Origin: Deltaproteobacteria bacterium HGW-Deltaproteobacteria-6
GTDB lineage: Bacteria; Desulfobacterota; Syntrophia; Syntrophales; Smithellaceae
Length of the DNA stretch: 64,000 nt
NCBI GenBank assembly: GCA_002840435.1
Contig: PHAT01000001.1
Location: 592,979 to 656,978 of the forward strand
Direction of reading: 5' to 3'
In this document: positions 45,207 to 53,599 of the stretch, one piece after another
Layout of the letters: each line of letters opens with the position of its first letter
Numbering within the stretch: position 1 is the first letter of the stretch
Notes under the pieces: model-generated
Databases searched by the model: none
What the model was told of the DNA's origin: nothing
The model's input: only the letters and a program-made list of their open reading frames with translations
Position numbers and translations under genes: made by a program

Positions 45207-47477
45207 ATGAAAAAAAACAATCAGAATAACCACACTGCAAAGCGCATGAGTTTGAAGAAAATGCAGTTGCTGCTCGATATTTCCCGGAAAGTATCGACGC
45301 TGGAAACACTAGATGAAATACTGGCGGAACTGATCAAGATTACCACGTCCGAGTTGGGCGCAGACCGGGGAACAATTTTTCTGAATGATCCGGAAACGGG
45401 AGAATTATATTCCCGGGTTGCACAGGGAAATATTCAACGGGAAATCAGAGTACTGAACAACAGCGGCATCGCGGGAGCCGTTTTTCATTCCGGAAAAAGC
45501 CTGATTATCAACGATGCATACAGTGATAAACGATTTAACCAATCCGTGGATGAAAAGACAGGCTATATTACAAAATCAATTCTCTGTGTTCCCATCAGAG
45601 CCGCCAAAAATGAAATTATCGGGGCTGCCCAGGTCTTAAACAAGAAAGAAGGTCATTTCACGGAAGATGACGTGATGCTCCTCGAAGCGATAGCCACGCA
45701 GGCGGCCATTGCCCTCCAAAGCACCATATTCACGGAGCGAATGAAAAAATTCCGCACGAAAGAGATGGAATTTTTCGACGTGGTCGCCGAAGCAACTTCG
45801 GAAATCAACCTGGGCGTTCTCCTTCGCAAGGTCATGTCCGAGGCAATGCGGATGATGGATGCCGAACGTTCCACCCTGTTTCTTAATGATGAAAAAACAA
45901 ATGAACTATATTCAAGGATTGGCGAAGGCTTAGGAACCATAGAAATTCGCTTTCCTAATAACGTAGGCATTGCCGGAACGGTTTTTCAATCCGGTGAAGC
46001 CATTAATATCCCCCATGCCTATGCCGACCTGAGATTCAACCCGTCTTTCGACAAGAAAACGGGGTTTTTCACCCGTTCCATCCTCTGTACTCCCGTCACC
46101 AATAAATCCGGCAAGATTATCGGCGTTACACAGGTTTTGAATAAAATGGGCGGTCCCTTTACTAAAGAGGATGAGATGCGTCTGAAAGCTTTTACCGCTC
46201 AGGTTGCCATTGCCCTGGAAAATGCCAAGCTCTTTGATGATGTGCAAAACATGAAGAATTACAATGAAGGCATGCTGGAAAGCATGTCCAACGGCGTGAT
46301 CACCTTAAATGAGGAAGGGAAAATCATCACGTGCAATACGGCCGGCATGAGAATCATGAAGGTGTCTCCATCGGAAATACTCAACCGCAGGGCTGAAGAA
46401 TTTTTCAGCGGCGTCAATGCCTGGCTGCTGGAAAAAACCGAGAAAGTCGGCAAGACGCAGGAACAGGATGTCATTGTGGATGCCGACCTGATGTTCGGAG
46501 GGTCAAAACTTTCCGTCAACCTGACAATTCTTCCGCTCCTCAGCGTCACGAAAAAGAAACTTGGAACGATGATTGTCATTGAAGACATTTCGAGTGAGAA
46601 ACGCATGAAGTCGACTATGTCCAGGTATATCGACCCGGCCCTCACCGATCAGATCATGGATTGCACGGAGGACTTCATGGGAGGTAAGAACATAACAGCC
46701 ACCATTCTGTTTTCCGATATCCGCGGTTTTACCACATTGACTGAAGAACTGGGCGCGCAGGGCACCGTCGCCCTCCTCAATGAATATTTTACATTGATGG
46801 TGGACTGCATCCAGAAACAGGGCGGTATTCTGGATAAGTTTATTGGCGATGCGATAATGGCCGCCTTTGGCATACCCTTGTCGCATGACGACGACGAGGA
46901 CCGCGCGGTCCGTGCCGCAATTAACATGGTAACGGCTCTCCACGAGTGGAATAAGGTGCGGATCGGCGACGGCAAAAAGCCTGTGCGGATAGGAATAGGT
47001 TTAAATACCGACTCAATTGTTTCCGGAAACATCGGTTCCCCCAAGCGTACGGATTATACGGTCATCGGCGATGGCGTCAATCTGGCTTCGCGCCTGGAGT
47101 CCGCCTGCAAGCAATATCATGCTTCTATTCTGATTTCCGACAATACTTACCGCAGGCTCAAAGGCACGTACCGCGTCCGGAAGGTCGACCGGGTGGTGGT
47201 CAAAGGTAAAACGGAGCCGGTGAGTATTTACGAAGTGCTTGACCACCACACGGAAGAAACTTTCCCCAACCTCATGGATGTGATCAATAATTTCTCGCAT
47301 GGCCTGATTTGTTATCAAAAAGGGCAATGGAACAAGGCTATCGAGGCATTCCAGAGCACATTGTCTTTAAACAGCAATGACAAACTCTGCTCCATGTATA
47401 TAGACAGATGCGAGGTTATGAAAAATAATCCACCGACCGGTGAATGGGACGGTGTTTGGGTCATGACATCGAAATAA
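45207..47477 (+). CDS. GAF-GAF-PAS class III adenylate/guanylate cyclase
   Basis: 756 aa with two GAF domains (GTIFLNDPETGELYSRV and STLFLNDEKTNELYSRI), a PAS domain, and a CHD catalytic domain (ATILFSDIRGFTTLTE, KFIGDAIMAAFG, GSPKRTDYTVIGDGVNLASRLE). Confidence 0.92.
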   Translation: MKKNNQNNHTAKRMSLKKMQLLLDISRKVSTLETLDEILAELIKITTSELGADRGTIFLNDPETGELYSRVAQGNIQREIRVLNNSGIAGAVFHSGKSLIINDAYSDKRFNQSVDEKTGYITKSILCVPIRAAKNEIIGAAQVLNKKEGHFTEDDVMLLEAIATQAAIALQSTIFTERMKKFRTKEMEFFDVVAEATSEINLGVLLRKVMSEAMRMMDAERSTLFLNDEKTNELYSRIGEGLGTIEIRFPNNVGIAGTVFQSGEAINIPHAYADLRFNPSFDKKTGFFTRSILCTPVTNKSGKIIGVTQVLNKMGGPFTKEDEMRLKAFTAQVAIALENAKLFDDVQNMKNYNEGMLESMSNGVITLNEEGKIITCNTAGMRIMKVSPSEILNRRAEEFFSGVNAWLLEKTEKVGKTQEQDVIVDADLMFGGSKLSVNLTILPLLSVTKKKLGTMIVIEDISSEKRMKSTMSRYIDPALTDQIMDCTEDFMGGKNITATILFSDIRGFTTLTEELGAQGTVALLNEYFTLMVDCIQKQGGILDKFIGDAIMAAFGIPLSHDDDEDRAVRAAINMVTALHEWNKVRIGDGKKPVRIGIGLNTDSIVSGNIGSPKRTDYTVIGDGVNLASRLESACKQYHASILISDNTYRRLKGTYRVRKVDRVVVKGKTEPVSIYEVLDHHTEETFPNLMDVINNFSHGLICYQKGQWNKAIEAFQSTLSLNSNDKLCSMYIDRCEVMKNNPPTGEWDGVWVMTSK

Positions 47478-47502
47478 TGGAATTCCATATCATCAGAAAC
47501 CA

Positions 47503-48603
47503 TCAATGGCTGGTCTGTCGTTCATTGAAAAGCGGATCGGCGAACCATTGTTCCATAAACGCACGCTTATCATCACACCTGGGATTCTTCCAGCAGGATG
47601 CATAAATGATGTCCGGCATACCCGCCCGGCTGATCCGTATTTCATAAGGCTTATTTTCTCTGACAACATGGATGTAGGTGACAAAACTCTCGGCAAAATC
47701 CTCCCAGAGATCGGCTCCCGCATGAATTGTCGGATAATTTGTTCTGGTGTTCAGCGTTTCGTAAATTCTGGTTATCTGGTTTTCTGTTAATGCAGAATAG
47801 TCGAATGCATATGGTTTGATCGATTTTCTTTCCGGAAATACTTCGTCAAAAACGCTTTTTATTTCATGATCGCTTTTGTACCAGGACAACTTTGAAAAAG
47901 GTCCGATCATAATTTCTTTTTTTGTCCAGGATGAGTGGGCAGAGCTTACCATACCCAGAGAATGGCCTATCTCATGGAGCATGATATAGACAATGGCACT
48001 CTGCGCGTTGTTGTTTTCCAGTGATTCAATCGTAACATCCAACTTAACCTGTTCGGCCGTACCGGGTTTAAATATGCTTCTTTCCTTCCAGGTCGCCCAG
48101 TCATTCGCTTTTCTTTTGAGCAGAACGTCCCGATCAAGCACAATAAATGTATACCTCTCCATGCCGCTTTCATCCATAACCGATTCAACGTAGCCGCTGC
48201 CGCCGAGGTTTTTGACGGCAAAAATACCGATGATTTTGTTTTTAGCGAGCATCATCACGGACATCGGTAAACTGTCTTCCACTTGTTTTATGGCTGCTGA
48301 AAATTCCGGCGGCAGTTCCGCGGGAACAGGAATTTCCCTGAAACCTTCCAACTGATTATCCAGAATAAGCTTTTCAATCAGGTCATCCGGCGCTTTGGCC
48401 AGTCTCTCTGATAAAGGTTGTTTCTGCCATGCGCTGCCCCAGTATTGAATTGTTCTGACTTTATGCTTTAAGGATTTTTCCTTGATATCTTCCTTGCAGG
48501 ATGGGGCGGAGACACAAATGAGAAAATAGATCTGACAGATAATAAAGACCATCGACACGATGAGCAGACCCGGATTGTTTCTATTCTTTATTGGATTCAT
48601 CAT
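47503..48603 (-). CDS. membrane-anchored putative zinc metallopeptidase (HExxH ... E)
   Basis: N-terminal anchor LLIVSMVFIICQIYFLICV, then MLHEIGHSLG, then a downstream WEDFAESFVTY (gluzincin-like third ligand). The start is 3 nt after the HD gene stop. Confidence 0.7.
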   Translation of the reverse strand: MMNPIKNRNNPGLLIVSMVFIICQIYFLICVSAPSCKEDIKEKSLKHKVRTIQYWGSAWQKQPLSERLAKAPDDLIEKLILDNQLEGFREIPVPAELPPEFSAAIKQVEDSLPMSVMMLAKNKIIGIFAVKNLGGSGYVESVMDESGMERYTFIVLDRDVLLKRKANDWATWKERSIFKPGTAEQVKLDVTIESLENNNAQSAIVYIMLHEIGHSLGMVSSAHSSWTKKEIMIGPFSKLSWYKSDHEIKSVFDEVFPERKSIKPYAFDYSALTENQITRIYETLNTRTNYPTIHAGADLWEDFAESFVTYIHVVRENKPYEIRISRAGMPDIIYASCWKNPRCDDKRAFMEQWFADPLFNERQTSH

Positions 48604-48606
48604 TTC

Positions 48607-49521
48607 TTATTCGACGCAGCGAAGGCCGGACGCGCGCCTGAGTTTGTTCCTGAAGTTGGTGCTGTCGTCGGCAATAATGGCGTCCAGATAGGTCATTTGA
48701 CGAACAACAGATTCACTGTAGAGGTCCTGGGCAATGCCGTACCGGGCATTGAAATGTTCTTTCATCCGTCCCGACACCCGGCCGAGTGTGACGTCCAGCC
48801 TGTTCTTTGTTGACGCGTAAAATCCGGAAGTTTTCAAGATGATGTCAAAGGCTTTGTCATAGCCTCCAATCCCCGCTTCGCGGAATTCATAATAAAGGAA
48901 AAGCAGCTTCTCGAGGTATGCCCTGTCCGCCATCTGACCAAGAAGATCAGCAGTCGCCAGTATTTCTGCGGCGATTCTCTCTTTTTCGGAATCGAAAACA
49001 AGGCTTTCCCAGGGGCGTCCGAGATCGGTGCCGAGGATTATTCGCGATATACGGGCGGCAGTTCTGGAACTTAGCCCGAAAGCGTCGGCTTCCAACAGTG
49101 TAAAAACCGCGGATCGGTTCACATGCGTTTTTGTGTACTGGCCTCCTGTGCCGCTGGTATCTCCTGTCTTTCGGATATAACCTGTATCATGGAGCAGGGC
49201 TGCGATGAGAACCTCTTCGGCGATTTTAGGCCCCAGTTTAAGTCCGGAGACCTCGCAGCCGTCAAGCAGCCGTGATGTAGCGGCAAAGACCGCTGCAATG
49301 TGAGCGAAATTATGGTATTCGACGGCACAGGCTAAATAACCGGGAAAACGGCCATCATAAAGGCGCTTCGTGAGCAGGAATACTTTATGGATGCGATTGA
49401 AGTCCGCATTCCCGTACGAGACCCGATAGAGCCGTTTTGCTTCCCCGAGGATAGTACGCGGTTTATTGGGATCAACCAGGATGGATATTTGGATTTCTTT
49501 CTTGGGAACGGTAGCTGCCAT
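48607..49521 (-). CDS. HD-domain phosphohydrolase with PDE-like motifs
   Basis: EYHNFAHIAAV, then AALLHDTGY, then TADLLGQM give an H...HD...D arrangement. The YHNxxHA plus AAxxHD pair resembles class I cyclic-nucleotide phosphodiesterases. Confidence 0.75.
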   Translation of the reverse strand: MAATVPKKEIQISILVDPNKPRTILGEAKRLYRVSYGNADFNRIHKVFLLTKRLYDGRFPGYLACAVEYHNFAHIAAVFAATSRLLDGCEVSGLKLGPKIAEEVLIAALLHDTGYIRKTGDTSGTGGQYTKTHVNRSAVFTLLEADAFGLSSRTAARISRIILGTDLGRPWESLVFDSEKERIAAEILATADLLGQMADRAYLEKLLFLYYEFREAGIGGYDKAFDIILKTSGFYASTKNRLDVTLGRVSGRMKEHFNARYGIAQDLYSESVVRQMTYLDAIIADDSTNFRNKLRRASGLRCVE

Positions 49522-49582
49522 ATTATTTTCTGCACGCCATATCAGGATCTATGTAAGAAATTTATGGTCCATGCCATCGCTT

Positions 49583-50242
49583 TCATTGATGGACCAGAAT
49601 GACGACACGTCTGTTCTGGGCCTGATTTCCCGGAATGGATTGTCCCTGCGAATCCGTATTAGGCATAAGCGGTTTATTGTCGGCATACCCGATGATCTGC
49701 ACCTTTTCTTTTGGAATCCCATTGGCAATGAACAGACGGGCGACAGCACCCGCGCGTGCGGATGACAACTCCCAGTTTGACGGAAACTGCAGCGACTGGA
49801 TGGGCAAATTATCGGTGTGTCCCTCAATGGTGATGCGATATTTGATATTTGTCAGGGATCCGGCAATTTTCTTCAGGATCGCATAGGAGCTTTCATTGAG
49901 GTCAGCCGTCCCCAACGGAAAAAGAACCCCTTCCTTGAGCCCCAGCGCAACGGCATTGGCCCTTGTTTCAAAGGATGCAATGTTCTGATCGGCAACGACA
50001 ATTTTCTCCAACTCCTGCCAAATGGTCTGAAGGTCCTTCTCTTTCGCCTGAGCAACGCTTTGCTGGACTCCCATGGCTTTTTTCATGGAGTCCGCCACTT
50101 CTTTGTATTGTTCAACATCGACACTGGACACGGCGGCAATCAGAATAAAAAAACAGAAAAGCTGCGTGACCATATCGCCAAAGGTCATCTGCCAATCGTC
50201 GCTTTCCTGAACGTTCTTCCGAAAAGGCATTTTTCTTTGCAT
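49583..50242 (-). CDS. MotB/OmpA-family stator subunit homologue
   Basis: 219 aa. Single TM with the conserved channel Asp (TFGDMVTQLFCFFILI) and a C-terminal OmpA-like peptidoglycan-binding domain (ITIEGHTDN...SNWELSSARA). Confidence 0.88.
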   Translation of the reverse strand: MQRKMPFRKNVQESDDWQMTFGDMVTQLFCFFILIAAVSSVDVEQYKEVADSMKKAMGVQQSVAQAKEKDLQTIWQELEKIVVADQNIASFETRANAVALGLKEGVLFPLGTADLNESSYAILKKIAGSLTNIKYRITIEGHTDNLPIQSLQFPSNWELSSARAGAVARLFIANGIPKEKVQIIGYADNKPLMPNTDSQGQSIPGNQAQNRRVVILVHQ

Positions 50243-50254
50243 GCGCCACCCTCG

Positions 50255-51031
50255 TTATTTACGCTTCTTAATGGAGGCCCACCGTCGGGGGGGAAGATAG
50301 GCTTTGAGTTTGTCCATGACGATGGGCGCCGGGGTTTTGTCTTTCATGAACAGGACGCCGTCTCTGATCACAGACATCAGAATAATGCGCTCTTCGATTC
50401 TTTTTTCAACCTTTACGGCAATCGGCAGAAACAACATATACGCCAACAGAATCCCGTATAATGTTGCGGTCAGGGCCACGGCCATGGCCGGCCCGACCAG
50501 TTTGATGTTTACGCTCATGGTCTGCATCATGCTGATCAATCCGATAAGCGTTCCAATCAGACCGAAAGCGGGAGAAAGCTTTGCCATGGTGCGGAAGATG
50601 CCTGCCGAAGACATTTCCTGATCGTAGGTCTGCTCAATCCGCGTATCGAGAATTTCGCGAATTTCCTCGCGGGAATATCCGTCGATGAGCATCTGCATCG
50701 CATCCTGCAGAAAGATATTCTCAATCCCGGTCAATTGTTTCTCGATATGAATCTTCCCTTTTAAGGCAAACTCGTTGGCCAGATAGACCAGTTCATGAAT
50801 ATAATTGCCGATCGGAAGTTCTTCCCGTTTCAGTGCGCTGAAAAAGACACTGAACACCCTCATGACCTCCTTCATTGGATAGCAGATGAAGGTTGCCGCA
50901 ATGGTGCCGCCCAGAACAATCGCAATGCCGGGTAAATTCAGGAAAACCGTTACGCTGGTTGTCGCATGGTAGGTCGCAAATGTCAGGATTCCGATACCGA
51001 ACAAGATGCCCAGGACAGTCGCAATATTCAT
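50255..51031 (-). CDS. MotA/PomA-family proton-channel stator subunit homologue
   Basis: 258 aa, 4 TM with a large loop between TM2 and TM3. The C-terminal pair PAFGLIGTLIGLISM / GPAMAVALTATLYGILLAYMLFLP is typical of MotA/ExbB/TolQ. Confidence 0.88.
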   Translation of the reverse strand: MNIATVLGILFGIGILTFATYHATTSVTVFLNLPGIAIVLGGTIAATFICYPMKEVMRVFSVFFSALKREELPIGNYIHELVYLANEFALKGKIHIEKQLTGIENIFLQDAMQMLIDGYSREEIREILDTRIEQTYDQEMSSAGIFRTMAKLSPAFGLIGTLIGLISMMQTMSVNIKLVGPAMAVALTATLYGILLAYMLFLPIAVKVEKRIEERIILMSVIRDGVLFMKDKTPAPIVMDKLKAYLPPRRWASIKKRK

Positions 51032-52209
51032 GTAGTAACCCCTTTCAGAGCTTTTATCGTAAGAATCAATTCCCGCTCAATGTCTCCCGCTTCGATCTCA
51101 TCCACCGTCTGACCATTGGCAATCTGTTCTTTTACAACTTCTACCATCTTCTTGGAAAGGTTGGCATAAATTTTTGACCGGGCTTCATCCCCTGCAATCG
51201 ATACGAGGATGCAGACTTTGTAAGGGCCAAGTTTTGAAATGGCATCCTGAAGGGTTGTATTATCCACGAACACGACATCGTTGATGTCCTGGAGGTCTTC
51301 GATATTCAAAGTGCGGCGCTTCAATTTCTTGAAGAACATTGTGCCCACTTTGCCGGACCATTCGGAAGCCGCCTGCTGGTGAATAAAAAAAATATTCTCG
51401 GGAATTTCACCGGCGCCGATCTTCTTGTAGATTATTTCAGGCGTGCTATCGACCATCCTGGCAAAATCATTGATGTCGATAAACTCATGGCCGGTCGTCT
51501 CAACCGAAATCGTATTCTTGAATTCCGTATAAAACCGCTCGGCCGCTTTGAGGAACGTCTTGGGGTCGGAGGGCATCAGATAACGCTGCATGCTGTCTTC
51601 TTTACCCCGGCAATAGAAGTTGTCCGGCGCGGCATTCTTATCAATAATCTGGATGATGTTGACACTTTTCATCTTGTTGAGAAAAGTATCAACTTCCAGT
51701 TGCGAGAGGCCGAGAATCTCTTTAACTTTTGCCAGTACTGCATTATACGGTATTCCCATGCCCGCAGGTGTTTTTTCGCCGTGCGTCGACATCATGAATT
51801 CAATGATATTGCAGGTGCCAAGGAAAGCATTTGCCGCCGTTTGAGCGGAAATTTTCTGCGTGGTCGTCCTGAGCCGTTCGATAAGCACTTTGGTGATCGC
51901 TTGCACAATTTTCGGGCTGTCCAGAAGCACGTTGTTCAGAGTATCTTCACTGATAATGATCAGTTCGCAGAATTCTTCAACGATGGCACTGGCATTGCGG
52001 GGTTCGCCGCTGATGATCCCCATCTCTCCGAAGATTCCGCCGGCCTTGATATTCGCCAGAGTCACCCGTTTCCCATCAATCATTTTCTGAATGGTAACGG
52101 AACCGCTTTTAACCAGATAAGCAGTATTGGCTTTCTGGCCTTCTCTGAAAATGATCTGTCCCTTATGAAAGGGTTTTATGTTGTATTGATTATTATTGCT
52201 GGCGCTCAA
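51028..52209 (-). CDS. cyclic-nucleotide-binding domain protein with HTH-like middle region and FliG C-terminal (MgtE_N)-like domain
   Basis: aa 10-115 are cNMP-binding (FREGQKANTAYLVKSGSV...GGIFGEMGIISGEPRNASA). aa 315-390, VDNTTLQDAISKLGPYKVCILVSIAGDEARSKIYANLSKKMVEVVKEQIANGQTVDEIEAGDIERELILTIKAL, align without gaps to my memory of FliG_C (LDDRSIQ.VLREVDTRDLALALKGASDELKEKIFKNMSKRAAALLKDELEYMGPVRLKDVEEAQQKIINIIRRL). TTG start behind GGGGAGA. 4-nt overlap with the MotA-like gene. Confidence 0.8.
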   Translation of the reverse strand: MSASNNNQYNIKPFHKGQIIFREGQKANTAYLVKSGSVTIQKMIDGKRVTLANIKAGGIFGEMGIISGEPRNASAIVEEFCELIIISEDTLNNVLLDSPKIVQAITKVLIERLRTTTQKISAQTAANAFLGTCNIIEFMMSTHGEKTPAGMGIPYNAVLAKVKEILGLSQLEVDTFLNKMKSVNIIQIIDKNAAPDNFYCRGKEDSMQRYLMPSDPKTFLKAAERFYTEFKNTISVETTGHEFIDINDFARMVDSTPEIIYKKIGAGEIPENIFFIHQQAASEWSGKVGTMFFKKLKRRTLNIEDLQDINDVVFVDNTTLQDAISKLGPYKVCILVSIAGDEARSKIYANLSKKMVEVVKEQIANGQTVDEIEAGDIERELILTIKALKGVTT

Positions 52210-52460
52210 GGTATCTCCCCGATTGATAGAAATTAATCGCTAACAGCTTCCTTTGTGCGGGTGGAGTATAAAAAACGAGGTCATATATGTCAATGAAAAA
52301 CTTATCAATATGTTAGATTTTAACATCTGCTTTTTATCTGATGGGTTGTTGTGTATTCATGATTGGAGGTTAATGTTTTCAGCCAATCCAGAGGGTCGCT
52401 GCTTTCGGAGAGAATTACAGACCCGCCTTTGATCGTTTTCAATGTTTCCGTAGAATCGTG

Positions 52461-52489
52461 TTGACACATTTATTTTCGCCCCATATACT
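52461..52489 (+). promoter_or_regulatory. near-consensus promoter (TTGACA - 17 nt - TATACT)
   Basis: TTGACA at 52461-52466 and TATACT at 52484-52489, 48 nt upstream of the repeat-protein ATG. GGAGG Shine-Dalgarno at 52526-52530. Confidence 0.55.
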
Positions 52490-52537
52490 CCCGTCAGACA
52501 ATGTCTTCTCAATTAATGAAACAATGGAGGTAAAAGT

Positions 52538-53500
52538 ATGAAGCGGCTTATGCTGATGATGGTTCTGGCAACTCTGATGATGGTCACCTCTTATCAGGCT
52601 TACGCCAGCGATTGGATAGCCTGTGCGGGTGAAAATGAATATTGCATGGTTCCCGGAACAAAGATGGTGCGGTACGGAGCCGGCGACCGATGGGTACTGA
52701 AAAGGGCGACCGATCGAATTTATTGCGGGAATAATGTGTTTGGTGATCCTGCCCGCGGTGTGTCAAAAGCCTGCTATTATCAGGACACGCAACATTCCGA
52801 TAAAGGATGGCGTCCTCCATCAGGATATAAAGGCGGTCATCAGGATCAATGGGTGCACTGCGCCAACGAAGGAGGATTTTGCAAGTTTAATGGCCAGAAG
52901 GATATCCGATATGGCGCCGGGGACAGGTGGAACTACCAATCGGCGAGGAACAGCATTGCCTGCAGTAACGATGTGTTTGGTGATCCTGCAGTAGGCGTGG
53001 GAAAAGCCTGTTATTATCAGGAGTCCCGACAACCGGACAAAGGATGGCGTCCTCCATCAGGACGTAACGACGGTCACCAGTATCAATGGGTGCACTGCGC
53101 CAACGAAGGAGGATTTTGCAGATTTAACGGCCAGAAGGATATCCGATATGGCGCCGGGGACAGGTGGAACTACCAATCGGCGAGGAACAGCATTGCCTGC
53201 AGTAACGATGTGTTTGGCGATCCCGCAGTAGGTGTGGGAAAAGCCTGCTATTATCAGGAGGCTCGACAACCGGACAAAGGATGGCATCCTTCATCAGGAT
53301 ATGACAACGGTCGTCAGGATCGCTGGGTACGCTGCGCCAACGAAGGAGGATATTGCAAATTTTACGGCCAAAGGGATATCCGATACGGCTCCGGAGACAG
53401 GTGGAACCATCAATCCGCAAGGAACGGTATTGGCTGCAGTAATAATGTGTTTGGCGATCCCGCGCCCGGTGTAGGAAAAGCTTGTTATATCAGGGAATAA
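52538..53500 (+). CDS. secreted Cys-containing tandem-repeat protein (four ~79-aa modules)
   Basis: Signal peptide MKRLMLMMVLATLMMVTSYQAYA, then four copies of W..CA.E...C.F.G...[IV]RYG.GDRW........I.C.N.VFGDP..GV.KACY. Family not recognised. Confidence 0.85.
   Translation: MKRLMLMMVLATLMMVTSYQAYASDWIACAGENEYCMVPGTKMVRYGAGDRWVLKRATDRIYCGNNVFGDPARGVSKACYYQDTQHSDKGWRPPSGYKGGHQDQWVHCANEGGFCKFNGQKDIRYGAGDRWNYQSARNSIACSNDVFGDPAVGVGKACYYQESRQPDKGWRPPSGRNDGHQYQWVHCANEGGFCRFNGQKDIRYGAGDRWNYQSARNSIACSNDVFGDPAVGVGKACYYQEARQPDKGWHPSSGYDNGRQDRWVRCANEGGYCKFYGQRDIRYGSGDRWNHQSARNGIGCSNNVFGDPAPGVGKACYIRE
52841..53314 (+). repeat. two near-identical tandem 237-bp repeat units inside the repeat-protein gene
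   Basis: ATCAATGGGTGCACTGCGCC starts at 52845 and again at 53082, giving a period of 237 nt (79 codons). By eye there are only about a dozen mismatches over roughly 215 nt. The outer copies are much more diverged. Confidence 0.9.
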
Positions 53501-53563
53501 TTCCTTTCTAAATAAAAGACGGCTTCATTGGACGCTGTACGTTGAGGATGTCGCCCTTTGGAC

Positions 53564-53591
53564 AAAAAAAAGGGGCTACGGAAGTAGCCCC
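53564..53591 (-). terminator. intrinsic terminator copy next to the orphan tRNA-Lys 3' half
   Basis: Minus strand reads GGGGCTAC-ttcc-GTAGCCCC followed by T8. It also lies downstream of the plus-strand repeat-protein gene. Confidence 0.7.
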
Positions 53592-53599
53592 TTAATATT

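Noticed and set aside
44742-45233. 163-aa minus-strand ORF opposite the coiled-coil gene
   Set aside because: Its F/L/C-rich sequence is the mirror of a Glu/Lys/Leu-rich coiled coil. The plus-strand frame shows a regular four-fold repeat and abuts the cyclase gene, so the plus strand is the coding one.
49817-50461. 214-aa plus-strand ORF
   Set aside because: It is antisense to the MotB- and MotA-like genes and spans their junction. No motifs.
51379-52236. 285-aa plus-strand ORF
   Set aside because: It is antisense to the cNMP-binding/FliG_C-like gene. It has no recognisable motifs, no Shine-Dalgarno and odd composition. The minus-strand gene has clear domain signatures.
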